Source: Hydrolagus colliei (Eukaryota). From it: DNA of 64,000 nucleotides. This document shows, piece after piece, positions 36,521 through 48,000 of the stretch (position 1 is the first letter of the stretch; each line of letters opens with the position of its first letter). Below the pieces are notes generated by a model that did not search any database, was not told where the DNA came from, and worked only from the letters and a program-made list of their open reading frames with translations. The stretch covers positions 248,001 through 312,000 of the forward strand of contig CM068769.1 in NCBI GenBank assembly GCA_035084275.1, written 5' to 3'. A program made the position numbers and the translations under genes.

Positions 36521-38163
36521 CTGGAATTGATACACATTAAAGATAATCTCATAAACGGTCGCTGTGATCGGTGGTGGTGTGAGAGTCAACATCAGCACCG
36601 ACAATGAGCCCAGCACCAGCCTGTGAAACTGCTTGTGTCTGAGGTTTAGGTAGAGGCAGACATGTGCACTTTGTCTCAATACCAGGAATCAGCAGCTTTC
36701 CAAAGTGTTCTACTTCAGATTGGGTATCTGCCTGGCTCAACGACTCATACTCTCCTCTCTGAATCAGAGAGTTCTGGGTTCAAAATGCATGTCAGAGACT
36801 TTCAGCCAACAATAAAGGCTGACTCTGCAGTACCGCGCTGGGGGAGAGTAGGATAATAGACTTTGGGGGAGATTTAAAATGAAAATTCTGGCCACATCCT
36901 GTTCAGGCAGATATTAAGCATCCCGCAGCTCTCTTTGAAACAGAATAGTATTTCGACTAGCTGTCGTGATCAACAATGCTTCAGACAAAATGGGAACTTT
37001 GGAAAGTCAGGTCCAGGCGAATGATTTTACGGCCCTTTTTGTCAGCTTTATATCTCTCCACAGTAACTCCCCCACACGTCGTTTGTGACCTCCAGTAAAC
37101 CCGCATCTCCGCCCCCACTCCCCCCCTCCCTCAGCACAACTGCCTTCACTCAGACCTGGTCCACATCGCGCCATCGTCCACTACAGCACTAAATTCTCCT
37201 CCCCACCCTTCCGACTCCATTATACCCAGTCCGGCTTCTAGCCACTTAGCCACTTTAGAAGTCCAACAGGTAGACCCTCTGACTACATACTTTTCTCCAC
37301 TCTTTCAAGGCCTGACTCAACGTCTACCTTTTCGCCACACTTTGGAAATAGTTTGACTGCCTTCCACAGCAATTCAACCCAGCTCCCCGGCTCCAGCCTG
37401 ACACAATGTCCAGCCGCAATGCCCAGCTAGGTCACAAGGCCTGGAGTGTTTCACACTTTGGGATATCCATGAGGGGAAAGGAAAATTTGGGATTTGATAG
37501 TAATTTACTGCGTCACCGCTGGTAGTACGTTGCCTTGAATCGCAGGTGAAATATGTTGTTATTGTGTGAAATTGATGTCATAGTTGCCAAGAAATAATAG
37601 TCCCCTCTATTGAAGCGTTTTTCTTACATACAGTATTATCGCTATTTGGATCACTAAGGTTATGCGAAAATTTGTTTCAAGTAATTCCACGTTGATGGAA
37701 GAAAATGACCCATTTCGCATCATTTGCGGCAATAAATATACGGTCTGATTACTGGGTGGGTGGTAACGTTGGCAATGATTGTTTGCCACACACTTCTCTG
37801 TTTGTCCAGCATTAGTTAACAACATGTTTGGTAGTTGAACGGTAAATTCTTTTCCTGGAGGTTAACAATCCCTCCAAAATAGTAGCAGTATGGTCACCAG
37901 CTCCACCCTGTTGAGTGCGATGAGCAACTAGCTGCCGCATTCCACTCACAAATATATATTCAATACACGTTGAGATTTGAAATAATTTCAGTCGTCTCTT
38001 CAAAGTGCTATGAACTGCAAGCATTATCCTTGCACCACCACCAACAACAAAATTATGTACACGTGTATAGCGCCTTTCACGTCAAATTCAAACTCATCAA
38101 AACATAATTAGGTGAGTGAATGAGAATTTAGAAGTTGGAAAGCCTTCAGGCTCTCGCTCTTAC

Positions 38164-38448
38164 CCAGCAGGGAGACTTCCACTCGCTTGCTCTCTGGTGA
38201 TGCGTGGTCTCGGCTCTCTACGTGTGTAGTATATTTACACCAGTAGCTCCCTGTACTGATCTCTGATGCGATGAACGTGGCCTTGGTTTCATTCTCTGGA
38301 GATGGCTGTGATGTAATAAATTGATCGTTTCTATAGAAAGAAAAATTGCTGCCAAGGTGATTCCCAGAACACGAGATCTCAGCTATTTCTCCCCGCACAA
38401 ACACCGGGAAATCCGGCTTCAGGTGTATAGTGGGTTTCTGCAGTGAAC
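38164..38448 (-). CDS. Receptor gene 1, exon 4 (Ig domain 1, C2-like, LRC/FcR type)
   Basis: GSLQKPTIHLKPDFPVFVRGEIAEISCSGNHLGSNFSFYRNDQF...GSYWCKYTT...SPESKRVEVSLL; 285 nt, phase 1-1. Confidence 0.92.
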
Positions 38449-39229
38449 CTGGAATTAAAGCAACAAAAATAATATCACGACTACTCGCTCTGATCTGTGC
38501 TGTGAAACTGAAAATCATGATCTTCAACGACCGTCTGTTTGATTGTTTCTGCCTAAGGTTTATTAAGAGGTAGAATTGTGCACTGTATTTAAACCTCGGT
38601 CAGTGTGAGTTGTGGTCAGGATCAGCTCGGGGGTGAGAGTGAGCTGGGGCACAGTGTGATTTGCCGACCTGTGTGAGCAGGAAGCTGGTGTAAACTGGTT
38701 TACAGTGTGAGCTGGAGGGCTGTGTGACCCGGAAGAGATTCCCTGCTGGGGATCATTGTGTCCTGCGGATATGTGACTGTTCTGGGTTGCGGTCACATCC
38801 CCACCGTTAACTGGCTCAGAGTCAGACACTGCACTTGTTAAGCACTCTTAGATGCTACACGGCTTGGAGGGCGCTATTTAATTCTATGTTGTCGCTGTTG
38901 TTCATCGGCCCAAGCATTGTACTGAGCCTCTCCCGAACCGCTCAGCCTCGCACACAGTCACCCCCATCATCTCATCGCTTTCATCCTGCATTGAAACCCA
39001 TCCAATTGTCTCCTCTCTTCCCACGTTGGTCTTCTCCATCCCTCCCTCAGTCCTAATCCCTCCCCATGTAATCTGCCAACCACGAGACCTCAGCCCCTCC
39101 CCCATTTCTCACGACCTCCTACTGTGATCAGCGTTGGCATGGTGGTCTGCCTCACCACTGTATACACTATTCTCAGCCCGTTCCTCTGTGATCACGCACG
39201 CCTCATCGATATAGTCACTCTGTGTACGA

Positions 39230-39660
39230 CAACAACAGCTTCGATTTATATAGCGCTATCACGCCGGACGGCGTCTCAGAGCGCTTCAGAATAGCGGATC
39301 CCGGGACCGAGTCTGGGGCAGGGGCAGAAAGGTGACCAAAAGCGCGCTGGAAGAGAAAGGTCTTCAGCTGTGACCTGAAACTCGGAAGAGAGGGGGCGAG
39401 GCGAAGGGAGTGTGGAAGGAAGTTCCAGACCCTCCCGGTGTAGCGACTGAAGGCAGGTCGCCGAGGGTGCGGCGGAGGATTCGGAGAACATGGATGAGGC
39501 CAGACCCAGAGGAGCGCAGGCAGCGGGTGCTGGGTGGGGGGAGAAGAGATCATAGAGATAGGCGAGTGAAGGGATTTGAAAACAAGGGTGATGATCTTGA
39601 AGTCGATCCTCTGTGGGATAGTGAGGCAGTGAAGTCTGGCATGGACTGGAATAATGGGGG
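39230..39660 (-). mobile_element. L2 3'-end fragment or L2-derived SINE in a receptor intron (similar pieces near 6690-7160, 21900-22300, 27470-27880, 43490-43880, 50700-51130, 54250-54540)
   Basis: Shared tail gagacgccgtccggcgtg...gcgctatataaatcgaagct; boundaries approximate. Confidence 0.7.
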
Positions 39661-39852
39661 AGCGAAGTTGAAGGTTGGAGTGTACTCACTCGCCCTTTTG
39701 GTCCCGTCTCTGTTCAAACCCCTGCAGTCATAACACTCTGTGTTCACAATGCATAATGTATGCACTGTGCGCCCCATCCAGTGCTCATCACCCTCCGTGC
39801 CTCCACCCCACCCCGAGTGAACGAGACAATGATCAGACACTGAGTTACTTAC

Positions 39853-40161
39853 CTGAGCAGATGACGGCGGCATCATTGTCGTGTGTTGCGGGATAGTGAC
39901 TCCAGGGATGTGAGGGACATTCCCTCAGAGTAGACTCATTGCCTCTGCACTGAACATCAAAAGTCACAATGGGAGCTATTGCTTTCCCAAAGTGAGCTCC
40001 TCCTGGTATTGACATTGCCTCTCCACAGCCCAGCTCCTTACACACCACTGCTACGTCCTTCATATCCCAGTCAGAGTCAAACACTCTCCCCCATATTCCA
40101 TCGTGGTAAACCTCCACTCTCCCAGCACACGTGATGCTTCCATTCGCCAGTCTCACTCTCC
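39853..40161 (-). CDS. Receptor gene 1, exon 3 (single-exon SRCR domain)
   Basis: GRVRLANGSITCAGRVEVYHDGIWGRVFDSDWDMKDVAVVCKELGCG...DVQCRGNESTLRECP...DAAVICS; 309 nt, phase 1-1, G|GTAAGT. Confidence 0.95.
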
Positions 40162-41972
40162 CTGTAACACATCATACAAATATCATAATAGTCTTTCCTC
40201 GTTGTCATAAACTCAACCAAGATTCAACAGATGCGTATTGTCTATTGTCCACAACAGATAGACATTTGTTTTGGGAGGACGGATTTATGCGGTTATGGGG
40301 AGAGAACTGGAGAATGGGATTGAATTGATCGTTTCAAAGAGCTGGCACAGCCTCTATGGGAAGAATGGCCTCCTTTTGTGCCGAAAGATACTATGATTCC
40401 ATAATTCTAATAAAGTGTACATGTGCCTGAAACACGGGAGGGTGTCTGCGGTATTAACTATACAGCAATGATAATAATAACTATAATGGTGGCAGTGAAT
40501 GATGGAGACATACAATGCAAATTATGAGTGTCCCAATGACAGATACAGTTTATTCCATGGCGAGCTACGCCCGTTTCAGCTACGTTTGCAACAAAATGAT
40601 ATATCATGGAATAAATATTTCAGTGTTTGTATACTTTATGTTATGTTAGGATACTTTATTTTGTAATACTTTATAATATTTTATGATACTTTACGTATCA
40701 TAGTATTTTATAGTCGGTTAGTCAGCTTCATAATTGATTGTTATATTTTATATTGTGTCTTTTATATATTATCATAAATTATAGTTCCTTATCATAATGC
40801 ATATTATGTTAGATTATTGTACTTTATAATATTATGCTTTATGTTACATGTAAGGCCAAAACAAACGTAGAATTTGTCACATGAATTCAGGACTCTTTGT
40901 GTCATACAGACTGATGCGCGCCATTGGCTGCAACACTTTACCCGAAAATAATGCAGGCAATAAACTTTAAAGCATACTGTGTGAAGCGCTTAGAAATATC
41001 TAGCAGACACAGAAGCACTAAATCAAATTGATGGAATAATATATGTTAGTACATTTTACGAAATTGTACTAAATATGATATGATTACACTTGATAATAAA
41101 TTTTATCCTTTTTGTTAAATTATTATGTTGTTATTAGATTACTATATGTTAGACAACGATAGGATATGCCGTACAAATATACACCAGTGCTTTTGTAATT
41201 TGCTACACAAAATATTAGTTAGATGTATCGCTCTACAAAGGTATATGTTTGTTTTTAAAAAACATTACGTTGCAGAATAGCATATTTTGCAGATTAATGT
41301 AATATTATAAAATATAGCTGATCAAACACATGAGATCCCAGAAGCCAAATATGACCTTAACATTTTTTTTAGGAAGACGTTTCCGCTATGGTGTATATTA
41401 AACTCTTAAGTCAGGTATTCCGTTATTGGCAAATCCACAGATACACACACAATGCCAATTTATTAGTTTAATTTTATCAGGTAACAGCTCGGGTTTGTTC
41501 GTTAAGGGCAAGTTACATGGTGTATGTGCAAACACAGAGAGATAGATATTGAACAGTGCAACCTGACAGAGTTCACAATCCCACAGCACAGCGATTTGAG
41601 AGCTAATCTCTACTGGGGGCAGCGCTGTGCCTACACCATACATAGGACACCAGTCAAACTCGACACTCTCCACCATCCTCCCATGTACAACTCAACAAAC
41701 ACCTTCTTTGAACCCAGACGTATGTATAGTAGCCACGGCTATTAGAAAAACGTCAACTTGCGTTGAAGCAGGCAGCTAAGGATTACAAGATGGAGGGAAA
41801 GAGAAAGAGTATTCCATAGGTTTGAAACGTTGTGACTGAAAGCGCAGCCGCCGATGAGAGAATAACTGGGCAAGAGGGACACAATGTGAAACTTTACTAA
41901 CATGGTTTGTTCATTATGTGACTGTTTGATTCCCCACTCCCCATATATCGATAAAGAGAGGCCGAGACTCAC

Positions 41973-42029
41973 CCTCATGAGCTAAAGTTGCAGCAGTGGC
42001 TTTCATCATCATCATCTCTAGAGATATCA
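41973..42029 (-). CDS. Receptor gene 1, exon 2 (second half of the signal peptide)
   Basis: ttccccttgtgcag|TG ATA TCT CTA GAG ATG ATG ATG ATG AAA GCC ACT GCT GCA ACT TTA GCT CAT GAG G|GTGAGT; 57 nt, phase 1-1. Confidence 0.78.
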
Positions 42030-42644
42030 CTGCACAAGGGGAAAAACAAATACATCAGGTGGAAGTATGAATCCGATAAGGATATTAAAGCATTGGAAAT
42101 GGTGCGGAAGAGATTTTCCACGATGGTATCAGCAATCAGGAACTTCAGTTATGTCTACTCAGCTATTCAGCTTTCAACTCCGCCCCTCAATCATCTATTG
42201 CTTTACTCTCACGCTCGATTCCCAATCTTCTTTCTTTCCTTAACAACAAGCCAAAATTATAGTTAGCAGTGCATTCCACAGCAACAGGACGTCCTGTGGT
42301 GGACGGCGGGAGATTTGCACCAGAGCTGGTGGTTGATTTCAGGACAGGTGGAAAGCAGAGAACGTAGGGCTAATAGGTTGGCAGAAGGCAGGGTTGAAGA
42401 AGAGCGTCTTGAGATGTCTCCTCATGGAGGCAAGCGAGGGTGCGAGATTCAGCGACTGTGGGATGGAGTGCTAGATGGTGGGCGCAGAGAAGCTGAAAGC
42501 CATCTCTTCTATAGTGGGGCGGTCAAAGTGGAGTTGCAGACAGGCAGAGTGGGCTACCGCAGCGATGTGAGGGTGAACGACAGTTGGAGGTCAAACATGA
42601 TGCTGAGAGATTGAATCAGTGATTGGGTTATTAACAGTACTCAC

Positions 42645-42693
42645 AGAATAGGAGAAGCATCTTGAGGATGGAGATGGACCTGTAAAGGGGCAT
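42645..42693 (-). CDS. Receptor gene 1, exon 1 coding part (ATG at 42660, or in-frame upstream ATG at 42693)
   Basis: (MPLYRSISILK)MLLLF+T|GTGAGT; joined to exon 2 gives MLLLFLISLEMMMMKATAA, a plausible signal peptide. Confidence 0.68.
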
Positions 42694-44939
42694 AGCTTGG
42701 AAGCGCGTGTCTGGGTCTTGGTGAGGGTGGCAGGTGATTTCCGCAGACTTGGATATAAACCACAAGGTGGAGATGTTCAGAGCAGCTCTTGTGGCGATCG
42801 CTGAGTTCCGTGATCCACAAACACGAACTTCCCTGTAACACGTCAACAGGGTATGTGCACTGACCCCAGGAAAGCAGCACAGCTGATGATGTATTTTACT
42901 GTAACAACAACTCAAATATCTGCACCCCCACCCCCGCCCAGTATATCCTGCCAGTTCATATCAACCGTTGAAGCTCTGTGTCCAGAAGAAGCATGGCTTC
43001 AGCGCATTGGACTCCAGCAGTTACCACAAGTCCAAATAGGATATGAAGAAATTTGAAAGGATGTACCGGAAATTTCCGCGGATGAAACCAGGGTTGAGTG
43101 ATTGCAGTTATGTGCAGAGACGAGAAAACATGAGATTGATCATATTCGGTTCGTGAATTTACGGAAAGTGTTAGTGCATTTAGTCATCAAACTTATGAGT
43201 GATTTGTTGAAGCAGCAAGATACAATCTTTGTTCCACTTTTATTAACCCAAGGACACAGATCATTGGCAAAAGCAGCGGAGTGGAGATATGAGACGCAGA
43301 TTTGCTTTACATCTCAAGCTATTCACGTGGAAACCACACTCTATGAATGTATGGTGGAAACAGCTTCAATAAAAACTTTCAAAGTGGAATTAGAAAGGTA
43401 CTTGAAAATGGACAGGGATGCGGATTCCAGCGTAGATGAAGGTAGTTGACGAGGATAAATTGGCAAAGATATACAACAACAAGAGAAACCATAGAGCGCC
43501 TTTCACGTCGGGAGGACGTCCCAAGCTAGGTCGGGACCCGAGAAGGAAGTAGTGGGGTGGATGGAGTGCGGTGGAGGGGTGGGATAGAGTTAGGGCTAAG
43601 GTAAGTAGGAAAGTGGGGATATTTAGGAGGGGAACGGAAGGTACCCTCGAAGAGGAATGTCTTGAAACCGGACTTGAAGTAAAACAGGGAGCAAGTGGGG
43701 AAAAGGGATTGCGGGATGAATGTGGGGGCAACGAGGCTGAGAACCCAACCGTCCATGGTAGGGCAGATAGGGCAGGCGACGTGGAGCAAGATAGTGCCCG
43801 CTGAAAGGAGGGGACAGAAAGGCTGATAAGAAAGCAACATGTTGGAGAGATAAGGGGGGCAACGTCGTGAATGGCCTTGACAGTTAAATAGGTAAATTGT
43901 CGAAAGTTAGGACTGTTGCTGTCTCCGTTTCAATGTGCAGAAAGACCTGAATCTTGGAGCATGCATGATACAATGATTTCATAATGCATACAGTCTTGCC
44001 AACCTGTGGGATCCTGGCAACTTCACAAAGAGTGAAGATCATCACAAGGAGCAGCTCACAGCATATACAGTCAACTCACTTTAAGGTGGAAACGGTGAAG
44101 CTTTTTGTTATGTCTTGAAAATCTCATGCCTTATCAGAGCCACACATTTTAACCCGAAGCATGGCTCTGACCTTCCCAGCTCGCACCCTAACCCTAACTG
44201 GAAACACTGATGACAAAATCAAACCTTGTCCCAAAAAAATTAACCTGGACCGCATCTGGGCACTAACACTGAACCTCCTCACTTACATTTTTGATTTACT
44301 TGGCGGAAATCAACAAAAGGAGACAAAGTAAAACGCACAATTTACGAGAAGCTGACCGAGGAAAGAGAGTTGAGTTAAAGCGACTGCGATATGAAAACTG
44401 ATCTGTGCAGTGTCCCTTTGTACCGATACATTTGTACTTCAGCTCATCACGGCATCAAAACATCTGGAAACCACCACCAACTGCAAAGAGAAAACAAACA
44501 TTGTTTGTCTGTCTGTCGATCATTTTATCTGATTCTTGCTTGCCTGCACGCCCGTTCGCCCGCCACACGCCAGAGAAATTGTCCAGAGAAATTCAAAGAA
44601 TAGAAGCTCCGTTACCCAAATTGTGCTGTTGGATTGATTCATTTTACTTTGTTTGAATGTATGTTTGCTTAGCTTGTCATAAGTATGCAGTAATAACAAT
44701 CCCTGCATTTGATATAGCGCTGTTCACATCTCATAGATGTCTCAAAGCGCTGCACAGAATATAGCGTGAATTGACTCTTTATATGTGGGCGAAACGCGGT
44801 AGCCAATTGCACACAGCGGTATGACAATAAACAGTCGAGGATTGAAAAACGGCGCAATCTGTACAATTGATTACCTCAACCGAGAGGACCAGCGAAAGTG
44901 ATGGTGAGGAAACAATCGAGAGATAGCCGCTCTATATTT

Positions 44940-44954
44940 GTGTGTATGTGTGTT

Positions 44955-44991
<37 letters not shown>

Positions 44992-45008
44992 CAGAGAGAG
45001 AGAGACTG
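44940..45008. repeat. Compound (GT)n(GA)n microsatellite
   Basis: Direct observation. Confidence 0.9.
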
Positions 45009-48000
45009 AGAGTATAAAAGGCAGAATGAGTATGAGAGAGAGAATGAGAGCATATTCTGCAGCTGGTGAAGGGAGTAGCTGGGAAAGCCGACAAGGAGAG
45101 AGTCGAGCCCAGATGTAATGAATGCATGGATTAGCGTTTCGGCAGTGTAGCTACGAGATTGTCTGGCAATGTTGCGCATGTGATGGATAAACATTCACTT
45201 CGCAGACTTGAGGAACAGGGATCGACCCCGCGGAGACTGAAACATTATGCAAATGTGGATGCGTCACCCAAATGGCCTTGCTTACTTGCTTACTTAATGA
45301 CAAATCGATCGCACTTGCTCGCCGATTTTACGACTGCATTCCAGTGGAAATTATTCCACCATAAATAAAATATTAGAACGACTGATTGGTCAGCGGATCG
45401 ACAAAAGTATGTGGAATATTATGATGCATAGTAGCTTTCCAGATTTGGGCCACATATATGCGATCAATCCGCTTGATAGTACATGCTGTGAAACACTTTG
45501 AGACGTCTGGAAGACGTGAAAACCGCAACATCAAATTCAATAATATTATTAGTATCACACAGTCAGTATATTGTATAGCGCATCATTCGAAATGTTTTTA
45601 GATGTCGCGAGTGTATCTTCCCAAACTACATAAACAGTCACTGTGTTTCTCCCACAAATGTGTAGTCAATTTTCCTACTTTCCTTCCCCCAACCACGACC
45701 CTCCCCTCCCTGCACTGTTCCCTACCTAATCCCCCTCCTTTCTCCCTCCTTTTCTTTTCCCTACCCCGACAACTCCCGCCCTTCTGTGGTCCCTATCTTA
45801 GGAATTTTTTTATTCTGTAAATGTTTTTGAGACGTCGATAAGACGTGCAAAGCGCAATATAAGTGAAAGGAATGTTATTATTTATTGTTATATCCGTGAA
45901 CCTAACATCTAACAACATCAATAAAATTACATTTGCAAAGCCACTTCGATGTCGAGAACACTCGGGCCCAAACACCTATGCTAACCTTTACACGAACCCT
46001 GATCATAAGCACACACGCCTTCCCCTCCCGCAGCTTCTGTTGGAAATTTTGAACGTAAAAATTAGAAAAACTGTGAGCAGCTTAAATTGTTAAAATAGGT
46101 GTGATAAAGAATCTGAGCTGTGATCTCTGTGGTTTCCCCGTAGGTAGATATACGTGCTTTTCACTCATCACATCAGATCAGCTAAGCACTCTTCACCAGA
46201 TTTTCAACAGAAAAGAAAACCTGCTACATTTATTCTTTCTGAAGTCTCTGTGTGCTTCTATTTTCACGTGAGGCTCTATCTCACGCTATCTTTCCATGTC
46301 TCTATCGCTCTCTCCCACTCACCATCTGACCCCATCTCTGTCTCCCTTTAGCTTGCTCTCCGTGGCGGACCATCTCTTTCTCTATCTCTGCCTCTACTTC
46401 TCTCTCGCTCTCTCGCTCGCCCCTCACACACTCCTTATCTTTCTGTATGCAGCGCCAACTGTATAGTTGTTCGAAAATTCATAAAATTTACATTTTATGT
46501 CAATATAGTTTACATTTCTGAATGATGTAAATCGAATCAGAAAAGGGCAGAATTAGAATTCATCATTCTGGTTGATGATGAGGCCAGCTCAACGCTGTGA
46601 TATTGTACATTGTAGCATTGCTGAAATAGTTGTATATTGATATAATTAAATTCAACAGTATGCTTCCACTTCTGAGCTACAATTTGCCGGCCTCTCCATT
46701 GCTTTTTGTGAAAAGAGTGAACGTTGATGCAGTGCCTGTCATGTGGAGAGGAAGTCTCAATGCAAATAATAGTCGAAGATGGGGAACAGAACGTAAGCAG
46801 ATGAGGATTAGGAGGAGGATTAGGCCATTCGGCCCCTCGAGCCTGCCACGCCAATCGACAAGATCATAGCTGAACTTCTTATCTAACTCCACCTACCCAC
46901 CTTATCCCAATATCCCTTTATCCACAAAAAGTCTATCAATCCCAGTGTTCAATATTTTCAAAGACTGAGCATCTACAGCCCTTTGGGTTAGACAATTCCA
47001 TAAATTCACTACGCTCAGTGCGAAAGGGCTGTACACTAATTTTAAGAATGTAAGCCCTGGTTATAGTTTCTCCAACCAGGGGAAAACGTCTCCAACTATC
47101 TAGTCTGTAGGGCGGACAAGCCACCTTTCAACTCGCGAGTTTAGCTGATAACGAATAGGAGATTACACAGTGAGTTGACAGTAGGTGCACATTAATTTAG
47201 TTAGTGTGAAATCTTATCATCAAATAATTTTCAGTAATTCAAGCAGTAATAATCCCTCTGCGACACGGTTTTCCCTGTATAAGTAACCAGTTTCCGATTG
47301 TGGTGTTTCTTCACAATCAGAACCAGATCTACCAGCGATTCGCAATGATGGCAGAAGCTCATCAGCTTAAATTGGTATTTTTGGGGTAGTCAGTGCATTT
47401 AAAATGCACTGATTGGAGACGCTTGTTTTGATCAATGAGGAGCAGGCCAGGCTGCCTTGTGATCTGTGCTCCATTTGTGGGACTGATTGTGTCTCCATAT
47501 AAGATGCAGCGATTTACAAGTTTCACAGGAAACCACCTACGCTGCTTTCATCCTAACAATAATATATTTGAAATATACACAATAATAAAAAATAAGAATT
47601 TAAACCATGAATTGTTGTGGGGGACGCTATTGTGCGCAATTAGCTGCCGCTTTTCACCCACATACACACAGTCAATTCACTTTACAGTGTCATCTGTGAA
47701 GCGCTTGGAGATATCGATAAGATGTGAAAATCGATATATCAAATGCAAGGTTCATTATTATTATCCAATCCCACCAGACCTCACAGATGTTGCCCATTGA
47801 ACCTGTCATGTTGGATGTATAAGTGACGGGAATGGAAGGTCACATTTAGAATTTTAATTAGAATATGTTTTCCAAACTAGTGAGGGTGGCTGGATGCAGG
47901 AATGGCTTCTATTCTGACTTCAGAATAAAAGATTGTGCCAACAATCAGAAATAACCTTCGTCATTCCCATCAAGGCTGTTTGTGGGGCGTTACTAGAACA

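Noticed and set aside
40560-41320. Very AT-rich low-complexity intron segment
   Set aside because: No clear periodicity or coding signal
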